A DNA stretch of 47,076 nt, counting the filler, from Catajapyx aquilonaris (taxonomy: Eukaryota), in NCBI GenBank assembly GCA_000934665.2. It is 2 parts of 2 records of this genome, joined end to end, with 100 filler letters (N's around TTAATTAATTAA, not from the genome) between each part and the next. Parts side by side here need not be neighbours in the genome. Positions count along the whole stretch, not along the records: positions 23,590 to 47,076 come from JYFJ02005670.1; 1 more part is not named here. One strand, 5' to 3'. The position numbers and the translations under genes are program-made. Of this stretch, positions 34,321-47,076 are shown one piece after another. The notes beneath the pieces are model-generated. The model searched no databases and had not been told where the DNA came from. It saw nothing but the letters and a program-made list of their open reading frames with translations. Each line of letters starts with the position of its first letter. Positions within the stretch are counted from its first letter, which is position 1.

Positions 34321-36424
34321 TTACAGGTGAGTGATTTCTACTTCTGGAGGGTCCCTCTCTTTCACACGAAGCCAAATACCAGTGGCGGACGACAGAAACA
34401 CGTTCTTCTTATCGAAAACAATGGGAATGGCAGTCTTGTAGCACGGTTCCACTGAGAAGTGTCGTAAGACACCCACCAAAGCCATCTTGGCTTCCATCAA
34501 GGCAAAGCGCATCCCTGTGACCAAAGAAAACACATTGTTACTTTCCACACTCTGCATAGAGCATTGTGCCCGGTTCAACAGTGGACAAGGGGAAAAATTA
34601 CAGATTGTTCGCTCCAGCAACAACCATGGTTAGTGAATGTTGCTTCCAACAGGTGAACAATCTGTAACTTCTTCACCTAAAGTTGACTATGCCACAATGA
34701 TAAGAATGACTTTCAACAATTTAAGGCCTGTTGAATTGGGGTACTTGAGCAGTGAATCACTTCTTTTTGCGTGTACTCACCGATGCAGTTCCTGGGACCG
34801 TGACCGAAAGGCAGGAATATGTAAGGATTGCGTCGTCTCTTCTCCTCCAAGGTGAACCTTTCTGGGTCGAATTTGGATGGGTTTGGGTAATGCCTCTCGT
34901 CGTGATGAATGGCATATATTGGAATGGCCAGGAGAGTCCCCTTTTCTATCACCACTCTGCTGTCGGGTATGACGTAGTCCTTGGTGCACCTTCTTTCCAG
35001 ACGGACGGCCGGAGGGTACATGCGGAGAGTTTCTGAACATGCGTATGATTAAATGGGGTTTAATAAGAAGATCCGGAGATAAATGGAGGGAGGCTTACCC
35101 ATGATTATCATGTCCAGGTATTCCATTTCCCTGATTGCATCATAAGACAGACCTCCATGTTTGAGTATAACCCTGTCTATTTCTTCCACCAGCTTGGTTT
35201 GTATGTCCTGATTCAGGGCCAGTTGAAAGACAGCGAAACTCAGAAGAGACGAGATGGTGCCATATCCAGCAAGGAAGAACAGAATGCACTGTGACACTAT
35301 CGCATCATCGGTCAGAACTGCAACACATATGCATTATTATTAAGAAAAAAAATGTTTGTCTAGCCAAGATTGTACTGGTTAATTACTGAAATTGGAAATT
35401 GTTACTTGCTTAGTACTGAACATATTGCTGACCTAAGCTTTGTGTTTTGCTCAAGTTGCCATGTGTCTTAGTTATTACCTTCTCTGGATGCAGGGTGATG
35501 ATTCAGCTGAGCATCTTTGTCATACTGGTCCTGAGGACCAGATTCGTCCTCATCCTTCAACTCTCCTCTCTGAGCGTCCATCAATAACTGCAGGAAATCG
35601 TTTATCTTAGGACCATCGGCCCCTCTGCGATGCTTCAAAGTCGACTTGATCACTTCCTCGAAAAAATCAATGGAATCTGAGGGCATCAAACTGATCCGAA
35701 GTGTTGAAAACACTCTCGGAAACAGCATGGCCAATATGAACTTCACAATGCGGAAGGCACTGACGTGGGACAGCATCCGCACCTTCTTCTGAAAGATCTC
35801 GTCCTGGTTCTTGAATGAGTCGCAGTTAATGCCAAATGCGGTGGAGGCGATGATGTCCATGGCGAATTTTCCGAAACAATCGTACATTTCCACAGGTTCG
35901 CCCTTGGTTGCCTTCTCTCTTAGGTAGTTTTCTAGCTGGTCCAGGTTTTGTCTCATGACAGGGAAGGTCCGTTTCATCTTTCCTGAGGTGAATGTTGGGG
36001 TCATGACTGATCGAAGGTCCTTCCATTCCTGGCCCTCCATGTTGGTCATCATCTTGTGGAACAAGGGGTCTGTTCGGGAGACGTCGTAGGTCCTTCGGTT
36101 GGCAAAGTGGTCAAAGTCTTTTACCAGCATTGATCTTAGCAGTTCAGGGTCGTGCAGCATCAGTATCGGTTCTCTTCCTTCGTAAAATCCGCCGAATTTG
36201 GCGCCTCGAACTGTCTTTTGAAGTTCAATGTAGGTTTCTTGGTCAAGAGCATGCTGGTGACGGGCCCATGTGAGTCGGCTCCAAACGAGGCCTGGCTTGG
36301 GAGATGGGACACCCCTGGACTGCCAGTATGTCATCCTCCATGTGAAATAAATATACAAGGCAGCCAGTGCTAATATGACGAGGACAGCTGCGTCCAGTAG
36401 GCTGCTGGCGAATATGAAGCCCAT
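34321..36424 (-). CDS. Cytochrome P450, CYP3 clan (CYP6/CYP9-like), ~536 aa
   Basis: Exons 36424-35479, 35317-35099, 35032-34781 and 34514-34321 (1611 nt, in frame). TM anchor, WKDLR, ETLR, FDPERF and PFGHGPRNCIGMRFA. I-helix reads AGYGT. Confidence 0.95.
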
Positions 36425-38334
36425 ATTGGTTCAGCTGGTTGGCATTACTGCGAAGGACATGAGAGCTAATTAATGGCCCATCACAAGCGACAAGTTATGT
36501 CACATTCCCTAAATTAAGCCGCGTAAATGTGTATTTAATTAATTATTTAAAGTATAACTTAAAATGTTTCGGTAACACGTCATATAATTTTGGAAAAGAA
36601 TTATGTGTCAAATCATATGCGCCTGTTTGGCGCATGCCGGTAATATCTTTATAATCAGGAAAGTACATGTGCGTCTATGACACGTTATAAAACTGCGAGA
36701 TGACCTCTGAATGGACACCATACTTTCTGCATGTAAGACTTTTGTGTGTGAACAGTAGGAGTACAGGTTCGTCCTTGAATCTGTTTTGAGGTCACCTGAA
36801 GAAATTATAATAGCATTATTTTTGAAACTGCCTTGCCACGACTTCCTCACGCTGAGATGTGAAGTTTCGAAACTTAGGAAGCTGTGGAAGGAGCTTTTTC
36901 ATATGGTTGTTTTGTAACATTGCTCTTGTGAAATAATGTTAAATTTAGTTCTGATACAATCGCTAAATATTTTTGAGTCTTCCATTCATGCATGCATATC
37001 ATTTGACACACATTATATGAGCCTTGTTTGCAGCATGTTCACATGAGCACCAATGTGACCTACCGACATGTAACCTACCGATAATTTGCATGTATTTTAA
37101 ATAGGCTGTTTTTTAAAAACAACATTGTCAAAAATTGGTAATGTATGTCCACAAATTTTCCACGTGACGGTCACCAGGAATGTACAGGCACACCCTGCTG
37201 AACTTACCACAAAAATGCCAACTTTCTCCTCTGTGTAGACCTCAACAACCTCCCTTGAATTTCCTTTTCTACACTGCAAGCAAGCCCAGCCCACGCGAGT
37301 GTTTATATAAGCTAGATACAGCATGAATCAGTCGGTTGCATATCTCATGGCCACAGCAAGGACGACCTGACCCCGCTGTATACAGGAGGGTATAGTGAAA
37401 ACGAGTAAAATCATTATACTGAAATGAGTGAAGTGATAATAATTACTCGGGTTTTGTATTTCACCCTGGGTATGGTTCTGCTCTGTTCTGGTTGTATATT
37501 ACAGAGAAATTTTTAAATATACTCAAGGTGAACTGCTAATTGTGAACTTAAAAGCGGGAAATGGTGTAGGGTTGTAAATTTTCTATTGTCATTGGCTCAA
37601 TAATACATTTTTACCTGGAACCTATCTTCGCTGGGGAATTGTGCCTGGAGCGATGAATGAATTGTGATTTTCCCATGGATTCCCCTCGGTTGCTTAACAT
37701 CTGAGAAGATACGACTTGTACTGATTTCAAATGCAGCTAGTTTTATGCACTATGTAGCGTGAAAATTACAAACTATCACAAAGACAATATTATAAAATAT
37801 TGAAATATTTATACAGGAATCATACAAGGAATCATACAAATAAGGACAGGCTTTATTGATGCAGTTTAGTTACGCTGGTTAAAACAATACCGCGTAACAT
37901 GACCTTATAATCTGACTACAGTATTTACATCATTAAAATATACGGTGTCCTACATAATTATCAGATATGTAATCATCGCAGATCTTGAATGAGCAGCAGT
38001 CACGACAAGGCCATTTCCTTATGCAGATCTTTCACCTTTTTAAATAATTATTACTTTCACACTTCCGTTTTGAGAAACACGCACAGTAGCTTTTGTGGCT
38101 TAATATCTGTAGATTATTTCCGCTAAAGTTAAAACCCTAGAAAAAAGTAATTTTTAAAATTAGTAACGTTACTATGATTAAATGTTGACATAAATTTACC
38201 TCCTCAGTTTATGGGCATTAAGCGAACGGAATTAGAGCTGAGGCCGAATATTGTTGCAACATGTATGGAGAATCTTCTGGTTGGAGATTGCCTCATCTAT
38301 AGCACGTAGCTGCTGCCACTCTTGCACTCATGCT

Positions 38335-39192
38335 TCACAAGATGCACTTTCGCAAGTCATGTCTGAAATGATAGTAAAAACTATTAAACACCGTGGGAGA
38401 GTAGGCTGCTAATTACCCCATACCTTCTATGCCAGTGCTGATTTTCCACAGACGAAGATGTCGACGGACTACCACTGGGCGATGGTACTCTAATATACTT
38501 TTGCTTTATTACAGTGTTGGTCAGTTCACATGAAGGTAAATAGAGGTAGGCGAATTGCTCGATATAACTGGTACGCTCTGAAATGAACAAAGTGCTTAGC
38601 ACACTGCCACATTTTGTTAAAACCGGGCCTTACCTGCGTGCTTTGACCTAATGTGATGTGACTTGCAACCATTGCCATCTCGTATTTCGCCTTTAACTCT
38701 CCCATTTTGCTTCGTGTGGTCGGCTACTGTTGACTTCAGGTCCGGTGTGACCACCGCAACCACGAGGAACTGAAGAAACGCCTCCCTGACCTCATGGTTC
38801 GCATGGCCGTCCCTTCCCTGCCCTAAGTTGTACTTGTTGTGTTCGTCCGAATGCAGATGCAGGCTGCCCAGAAGCGCGTTTGCCACCAGGTCCATGAGGA
38901 CCGTCGCGAAACACTCGCACACGTCCAGGTCCTCACCGCTCTGAGCGTGGTCCTCAAGGTGACCAGCCAGTTGGTTGCCACACTCCAGGAGGACCGCCGA
39001 CACCAGCCTCCACAAATGGGTTGAGTGAGCCTTGTGGCCATATTCTGACCACAACTGCTGCGGATTGTGCTGAGGACCTTCTCTGAGAGTCTCCCATTGG
39101 TCTGGCCGACGAGGCAGTCGGCGTAGAGAGGTGGCCAAAGCGGCGATGTATACCAACAGGAGGCAATCCAAAAGTGTCCACAAGGGGATCAT
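38335..39192 (-). CDS. Truncated P450-derived membrane protein ('mini-P450'), ~246 aa, no heme-binding region. Functional gene or pseudogene unresolved.
   Basis: Exons 39192-38634, 38577-38424 and 38362-38335 (741 nt, canonical GT-AG, no stops). Acceptor 6 nt before the ATG. TM segment, WETLR, LLECGNQL..LDVCECF..MDLVANALLG, AFLQFLVVA and QFAYLYLPSCELT align by eye with the flanking P450s. The last exon is tentative: without intron 2 the ORF ends at 38384. Confidence 0.65.
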
Positions 39193-40405
39193 GAGGCCTG
39201 CCGGATAAAGAAAATCACTTGGTAATATTTGAAGTGAGCAAATGTTTGGGGGATAACCTTTGAGCCATTTACACAGTAATGAAACTGAACCGAGTCTAAG
39301 CCCGGTCCACCAGGTATGATCACTGATTACATGATCGGCATTATAAAAAAAATAAATGTGACTAAATCAGAATTTCCCGAAGAAGATAGCCTGGTTTTGA
39401 TAATGACCTACTCAAACTGATGTACAATTACGATAAATATTTGTAAATACTGTATGTACTGTACATATCAACCAGATCAGTACTTGTTCAGTGCACTACC
39501 CTGTATATTGCCAATATAAGTTCAGGTACCTTTTTTTTTGTAGTAGATGTTCCTTCTCTCACCTGCCGCTCTCTGCCGCGATAAGGGCATAAGGTGAAGC
39601 CTTTTATGGCCGCGAGACCACGTGACTGCTCGATGGTGACAATATCGCACCACACGTCCCTCAGCTTGGAGGTGTTAGATAAAATGATGAACCTATTTGG
39701 AAACGATGCATGCCAGCTCCACACATGCACCAGGCATGGAGTCCGTGGAAGTAATTTGGCCAACACCCTCCATTTTCGTATTTTTTTCTTTTCGTAACCA
39801 GTGATTTCTGGTCCTGGAGGCGTGAAAATATTTTCCGGTGATAAGTAACAAAATCGTTTTTTATTGTTTAGTCCAGTACAAAATTACATCTTGTCACAAA
39901 AAATCTCAGTTCCGGTTTGAAATTAAAGTACAGAATTAGGTACCATATGACGCACTAATTGTGTCAGGTTCAATCACTCTCGGACGACCTCACTCGAACT
40001 TGATGACGCAGGCCAACATTGCCTCCAATCTCGAGTGCCCTCCATTGAAAGCTGACTCTGCAACACTTGGGGGCTAATCAAACACATCTTCCTAGAGGAC
40101 AGGTGTCTAGATACAGAATTTGTCAGATACTAATCTACACGATAAGGGTGGTCATGGGCGGGAGTTGCATCTTTAGTGGGTCAAAGTCGAGACCTAGTGC
40201 AGACTCTGATAAAACAGCAAGTTTAGTGTAATTTCCCCCATGTTCTCAACGACCTCCCATGACACCAGGATTGTCGATAGAGAGCAAGTGGATATGCGAT
40301 ACTGTTAGACCTGGTTAAAATACATAATAACAACAGTTAACTTGTTTGTTGGCGCAGCAAAATGTAAAGAATCAATATTAATTACACAATCATAATACAC
40401 TCCAG

Positions 40406-42522
40406 TTAAGTTCGTTTAGTCATGGTCAACCAGATGCCACCTTTTCCTTTCAGCAGACCTGCCATACGATCAAAAACTATTGGAATTTGCGTTTTCGAAC
40501 ATGTGGATATCTTGAATTGGTCCAGGAGGCTGACAAGGGCAACCTTGGCTTCGAGAAGAGCAAATCTCAATCCTGCATAAAGAAACAAAAACATGTAATC
40601 TGAAAAGCAATTATTAAGGAATCATGATAATACCTATGCAATTTCTGGGTCCGTGTCCGAAAGGAAGATATACGTATGGGTTTCTGGCTGCCTTTTCCTC
40701 GCTGGAAAATCTCTCTGGGTCGAATTTCTCCGGATCCGGGTAATATTCTTCGTCATGATGCAAGGGGTAGATGGGAATCTGGACCAGCATACCTTTTTCG
40801 ATTGTTATGTCGGTTCCCGGTATCTTGTAGTCTTCTGTGCACATTCTCTCTGTTTTGGCTGAAGGCGGATATTTCCGAAGAGTTTCTGAAAACGTGAGGC
40901 CGGAATTAGTGCTTTGTTATAAATTAAGTTCCCAGTTAAAGGTTAAGAAGTGTACTAAAGATTTAAAAAGCAGCAACAACTGTAACAAAAGTGATTGTTG
41001 CTTTCATTAAAACTGGTTTATAGGGAACACATTCTACTATGAATTGGGCAGTGCATGTGGTCTGTGTATAGTTCAAGTTTACCTTGCATGGCCATGTCGA
41101 CATATTCCATTTCTTGGATAGCATCGTAGTTGATCTTTCCTCCATGTTTTTCCTTAACCTCCTGTATTTCTTCATACATCCTTTCTTGCACATCTGGATT
41201 GAGAGCCATCTCATAAGCAGCCATCGACAGAAGACTGGCCAAGGTGTCGAACCCAGCCAGAATGAAGAGAAGAGCGTGGGCCATGATACCGTCTTCCGAA
41301 AAGAGACCCTTTGCATCTGATTTGTCGTGATGAGTGTTGCCAGCATCCAGAATCAGCTGCAGAAAATCGTTTCTCCTGAAATCCTCCTTTTTTCGGATCT
41401 CGATGGCTGACCTGATAGCGCCCCTGTAAAACTCCTCCGCTTCTCCTGCGAAGAATGACAGCTTCAGGAACCTGGCAGTGAAAGGCAACATCATGACCGT
41501 CACGATCTTGAGCAGCATCAGTGTCTTCATCTTCTGGAAGGTCTTTCCAAACTTGAGGAAGTCTGATCTCTCGCTCCCGAATGAATTGGACTGCACCCCG
41601 AAAGCAGTGCTGGCAATTGCATCCATGGCAAATCTCTCGAAAACATCGGTCGCCTCAAACACAGCTTCTCCCGTATCAGCTGATTGACAAAGAAAAATTA
41701 CAAGTCTGAGAAAAACACAACGACATTGTTGGACAAAAAAAAATACGGATGTAAAGGAGTGCGTCATATTTTAGAAATAGACACTTTAAAATTAACCATC
41801 AATAAATATGAGCTAATCGGTTTCATTCTATTGTTGGATTATTTTTGTCTCTAGATTTACGTACATGCTGATCTTAGTGCATCATTCACCTTGAAGACAA
41901 ACACATAGGCCTAATTGATTTTTTTTTTTGTCTCACTGTCAGTTCCTATTTATGCCCCTTTGCTCAGATGCTCCACAAGTGGAAGATAACGTGCATGGAC
42001 CTTGAAGTTACACAACGTACCGGTTTTGGATTCGCAATATTCCAACAGGTGATTTCCACACTCGAAGAAGATGGGCATCATTCCCTTGAGCTTCCCCGAT
42101 GAAAAGGTTGGGCTCAGGATGGACCTCGCTTCCTTCCAGGTCTCTCCAGTTTGGGTGGTCAGCATTCGTCCGACTACTGGATCCTTCTCGACGGACTTGA
42201 ACCCCCTACGGTCAACGAAGTGGTGGAAATCTTTGACCATCACGTTCCGGAGGAGGTCCGGGTCTCGGACGAGGAGCACGGGCTGCATAATCTCGAATAA
42301 CCCTCCGAACTTGTGTCCGGATAGTTTTCGGTAGTTGTTCATATCTGTGTGGACAAGGTGGTTCTTCCAAGTCAGGAAGTAATACACGAGCGTTGGCAAG
42401 CTGATTTGCGGAACTTCGGGGATGTTGCGGTCTCTCCAGTAATTTCGCTTCCGACTGTATAACCAGTTGATTGACAGCAGAAGGGTGGTTATGAGGGTCA
42501 AGCAGATTGTAAATAGCTCCAT
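40406..42522 (-). CDS. Cytochrome P450, CYP3 clan (CYP6/CYP9-like), ~505 aa
   Basis: Exons 42522-42021, 41679-41083, 40885-40634 and 40572-40406 (1518 nt, in frame). TM anchor, WKEAR, AGFDT, ETLR, FDPERF and PFGHGPRNCIGLRFA. Confidence 0.95.
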
Positions 42523-44827
42523 TGTTAAGAGGTGGTAAAAGGGTCAGGTTCAAATTACGGTCTCCTGACACAGGACCTGGGAAAAATATTGTCATTAAAT
42601 TTATTTGATTAGGTACGGTACCTTCATTAATTTAAAAACACCATCACTCACTTTTTATAATTATTTTCAGACATTATTTCATATAGTTTTATTAATTTTC
42701 ATTTATTACTTTTATTTTAATCACTTTTAATTATTTTGTTCATTTAGTTCACATTATTGTAGCTTATAATAGCCTATTAATGTGTTTTCACCCTAACGAA
42801 ATAGATGGCGTCGGGTAATTCATTTATGCCATATATAGTTTACACATTGCAGTAACGTATAGTTAACATCCTGTAACTATAGTATACAGGTGATTTTTCA
42901 CTACCCGCTGTACATTTTTATTCGGCTCCGTACAGTACTATACAGGCTTATACTGTACTGTACATTCTATGAGGAAGTGACGCTCTACCATGACTCGAGA
43001 GTGCAGCACTGAGTAGCCAACAAATGATCAGTGATTCAACTTTGCCTTTGAACCAATAGATTGAGCAGTACCAACAAAATATAGGACTCGTTCACGATAA
43101 ACCGGATAAACTATTGGCCTCATAAGCGGTCTATTCAGAATACATGATGTCATGAATACCTCGCCACTTGACAGGCTAATCATGACATGTAAAAACGTCC
43201 CAGTGCATTATAACAGTGCATAATATAGTCGGCGAGCCACTGATCAGGCCTGTAATATTTTAGAGCAAGAAGGTTGTACTGTACTGTACTTACTCGTTGT
43301 TGTGTGCTGATATTGTGCGAGGATTCTATGATAGCACTGCGCCTCAATTCATGCGATTTGAGGTGCTGTCGGCTGCATTAGCGCTGCTGTCGACTTTCTC
43401 GTGAACCTCCAAGCCGCTATGGTGCAGAAACCACGGCCTTGGAGCATCAGGTAGCTCATTTAATACACAACCTACTTCTCTCAGGTGGCACGATGTGATG
43501 CAATATACGCCATGTGACGCACAATAGGTCAATGTACGATTTCGGTGTTTCCCCAAATGTTGGACACTGCGTAATACCTCGAATTACATGTGTTGGTTAT
43601 CACTCTCTTATCAGGAAATCGTCAATTTGTAATCGCAAAAAATCGTACGTACCGGTATCGGTCGCTGGTGAAAGTGAACTGTTCGGGGTTAAACACACCA
43701 TAGGCCCCTACTTGAGTTTCGGCTCTATTTTTGCAAGTGTTTATATGACGCGTATGGATGAACGTGCCTCCCACTAGACATCACGCATTTGCTAGGATGC
43801 CAGTTTTTAAGGGGTGAATTATGGCTTCCAATAGATGGCTAGTATTGCAGGCTTAAAATAGCCTAAAGTCAACAGCTTGCTGCCACATGTTGCCGTCAGA
43901 GAAAGGAAGACAGGTCCTCATGAAGGAAATATCTCACGTGATGTAGAGAACTTGCAAAAAGCCTACACGACTGCCCTTTCAAAACAAATATTTGGTTCTG
44001 CAGGGACAGCGAGGGAGAACAGGAAGGGACTAGTTGAGGGTATAATTATGTGAACCTGACGTCAATGTGTGGGTTACAGTATAAGATTTTTGTGATAAAA
44101 AGCCTTGTAAAAAGCCCTTCCGTTCCAGCCTTGTTAGTCTGGGTGCCTGTTCTGAATACATATCGCCAGTGAATATGTTATGTAACAAGGGCTCTAATGC
44201 CTTTACTATGCTCTTGTGCAATATTTATAAAGTGTATTAACCTACGGGATATTGCAGCCACACTGCAGTGGCAATGCAAGTTGCAGTCTATTGAACAGTA
44301 TAATATTATTATCTAATAAAATCATCTTCGGGCATGTAATTTTTATAGGTTAAAATCTATAGTTTTCAAAACATTTAATTCTCTTTGTACAGTATATTGT
44401 TAAAAAGCAGAACTTTCATGCTGCTCTTTTATGGAAAACTTCATCAGTTATATACATTCTGTTGAGGGGACAACAAAAATGCTAATACATTTATAGTTGA
44501 GTGTTGTGATGCAACAACATATGAATGTCGCGTCAGTGTCAAAAGGAAGTCGAGTTCTTTTCCTTATAGACTAAAAATTACGCTTGATGTAAATTTATAA
44601 TACGTAATTGTCCTTCTGAAACAACACTTAGGTACAAATCTACAGTACCATATTTCGAGGTTGAGGGACGGCGTTAATATTACGTATTTAGAGTCCGTAA
44701 AATACTGAGCAGTTTATGTTGCGACTTAATCCAAGTTCAAAAAACTTGTGGTAATCATGCTAATAACACCGGGACAAAAAGGTAAAAAGACACAAGCTGT
44801 AACTGAGTTTGTGTTTAAAGAACTGCA

Positions 44828-44997
44828 TTATTTGTTTCTTTTCTCCAACTTGAGCCACACTCCATTTTTGGCACGTATCAACGAAGCAGCTAGAGCGTAC
44901 TTCATGGGAATGTCTGTCTTTTCGGATGGCTGGAATCTAAAGTTCAGCACTGTCATCGCCAGACCAACTTTGGCTTCCATCATCGCGAAACGCATCC
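44828..44997 (-). CDS. Terminal exon of a further CYP3-clan P450 (upstream exons not found, probably beyond the window)
   Basis: After acceptor TCTTTTTCCAG it reads (G)MRFAMMEAKVGLAMTVLNFRFQPSEKTDIPMKYALAASLIRAKNGVWLKLEKRNK*. Same phase and sequence pattern as the last exons of the other two P450s. Absent from the ORF track. Confidence 0.88.
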
Positions 44998-45107
44998 CTG
45001 GAAAAAGAGATAATTATTTTTGCAGGTTACCTTTACAAGAAGGCCATGATTAAGCGTTTTCATGCGATAAATTTGAAGAGCGGCACAAATTATATGGGCA
45101 TTTTTGC

Positions 45108-46945
45108 GGTAACGAACCAAGGTTCGGACGATTTTTTTCAACTTTCATTGTGATTTTCCATGCTTGTGGTAAACCTTTGGAGATACTTTTTTTCTACTGA
45201 GTTCCAGGTACAGAGGGCTGAATTTTGCCACAAATCCGACACAAAATATATCATTCGATAGCGCCCGAGGAGCGAGAACAAACACGGTAACGAACCAAAG
45301 TCTCGAGGACACGCATTTCTGCACCGGGTTACACTGCGTAACAACTCCGCGAATTCTAAGTGGTTTTGATGGCAGTATAGAGATGCTCTAGAGAAGAAAA
45401 GTGCGAGGAATCCATTGGTCACCTTGCCGTACCGGTATCTGCTTTTCTTTGCATCTCTCGGCAACTCTCGGCAAACTCTCGGTAACGAACCAAGAAAAAA
45501 AAGTAACGAACCAAGGCGACGATTTTCGACCGTTCAGAACCTTTTCACGGGTAGTATTTGTGAGCTGCTTTACCACTTCAGGGAGTACATAATTAAAACG
45601 AGACACATCATGACACTGACCAGTCATCAGAGGATTCTCGTGTATTGGTCGATGGAGATGGCTGGGTCGTATATGACCTGGTCATCGCTGACTATACCTC
45701 ATCATGGGACTATGCCGTGATGATTGTGTATGTTGGATGTAACCCAGTATATGAAAAGGGTGCTGCCTGCCTACACACCAGCCTTTGGGGACCAGGCTGA
45801 CACAGACACATCAATGAAGTTATTAACTGACTAGATGGGAAAACATTTTAATAATGGTTTATTCAAAAATTTATAACCTCTGAGCACAGCCATTTTAGCT
45901 GCACCACATTGTAATGCATATGCATATGACTGTATAAGGAGTTATAATGTGACCATCTATAAAAATTTACTAAGGGCCGTTTTCTCGAACAGTGGTTCAA
46001 ATGTAAACCCGGTTCAAAGCCGGTTTAAACCCTTGACAACAGCCTAACAACAATCAAATCAGGGATTAAACTGGCTTTGAACCCGGTTTACATTTGAACC
46101 AGCACTGTTCGAGAAAACGGCCCTAAGCCTATAAATGAAGGTATTTGAAAATGGGTCATTTCAGTCAATTTTCCAATAAATTCAGACCTGCAAAATTTCA
46201 GATAAATGCAATTTTTTTGATTTACGGCCTATAAAAAGCGGGAGGCTCTCATGACTGAGAAGAACCAAAGACTAGCTGCCACCACCTGCCACCTTGACCG
46301 CAGAGACAATTAACTTCCGGACCACCCATCTTGCAGTGGCATTGTAAATAGAGGCAACTGTTTATAACATGAAGGATTCGCGAAAATTTGTTTTCAGCAT
46401 CATAAATAAGAACTATTGAAGAGCTGCATCTCTCCCCCTTCCTCCCAATAAAATCGGCGCGCCGATTCGGTAGCATCAAGGACATATCCGGATAACACAT
46501 CGCGCCACTTTGATTTGTAACTATTTACATTGAATTTGAAATCAGAGCCCTCTAAAGCCGCCGTAAACTAATTTTGACGCTAATACTGTATATCTGTCCA
46601 ATTCTCTGCACATGCTGTCTGCCATATTGGATCAACCATTTTGATTTTTGAATTTCTGACATCGGATCCGAAATCAGCGCCATTGAAAACCATTACATAA
46701 AAATTTCTGCGCTATTGGGTGTGGATTTGCTTATTATCTGAGCCGAGATCGGAGGGAGCACGCTCGGCGGCAGGAAAATGGCTTGGTTCGTTACCGTCCA
46801 AATAAATACATGGAGGTATGGAATTGGGCTGAATCTGCACACTGATGTATTACGCGACTCCCACAGAGATTTCCAAGTTTGACGCTCCAAATCATTAGCA
46901 TAAGGTGTGTACAGGAATTTTGTGTAATTTTTGGTAACGAACCAA
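45108..46945. repeat. Dispersed (G)GTAACGAACCAA motif cluster, probable fragmented transposon
   Basis: Copies at 45108, 45286, 45481, 45503, 46783 (reverse) and 46933. Confidence 0.6.
45973..46123. mobile_element. PIF/Harbinger (Tourist-like) MITE
   Basis: TAA|GGGCCGTTTTCTCGAACAGTG...CACTGTTCGAGAAAACGGCCC|TAA. Confidence 0.9.
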
Positions 46946-47076
46946 AGCTTTCGGATGACTCTGGTGAGTTACTGAAACTGAAGCACACAGAGATCACCCT
47001 CCGACAATTTAAGCACACCAATCGAAAGAGGACATCAAGCTGCATCCAACAGACACACTTGAGAAGTGATCGAATG

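Noticed and set aside
38335..38350. CaaX prenylation motif at the mini-P450 C-terminus (RKCIL*)
   Set aside because: Cys is third from the end, not fourth, and the terminal exon is tentative.

Overview
Eukaryotic, most likely arthropod, genomic DNA. Evidence: short GT-AG introns, clan-3 P450s, a TTAGG-type repeat and tRNA-derived SINEs. The window is two blocks joined by an artificial 100-bp spacer (44 N + TTAATTAATTAA + 44 N, 23490-23589), so their adjacency is not established. The left block (1-23489) holds one SPOP-like MATH-BTB gene on the minus strand and a long gene-poor stretch with many fold-back MITEs (Tc1/mariner-pogo, hAT, PIF/Harbinger, CACT-type, Sola-like), two tRNA-SINEs and a decayed Tc1/mariner transposase. 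The right block (23590-47076) holds the 3' part of a GH13 maltase/rBAT-like gene (+), a 6-exon Fez-related C2H2 zinc-finger gene (-) and a minus-strand tandem P450 cluster. The cluster has two complete CYP3-clan genes, the last exon of another, and between them a short P450-derived gene. Most notable: (1) an intact, spliceable ~246-aa 'mini-P450' that keeps the membrane anchor and C/D/E/H/I-helix remnants but has no ExxR, PERF or heme-Cys motif; (2) a GH13 protein with all catalytic residues replaced and a Gly-rich tail; (3) a spliced 187-codon alternative-frame ORF overlapping the MATH-BTB gene; (4) a P450 lacking the I-helix acidic residue; (5) two SINEs with different bodies but the same 3' tail. 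All gene models were built by eye from splice motifs, frame continuity and recalled family motifs. No database search was run.
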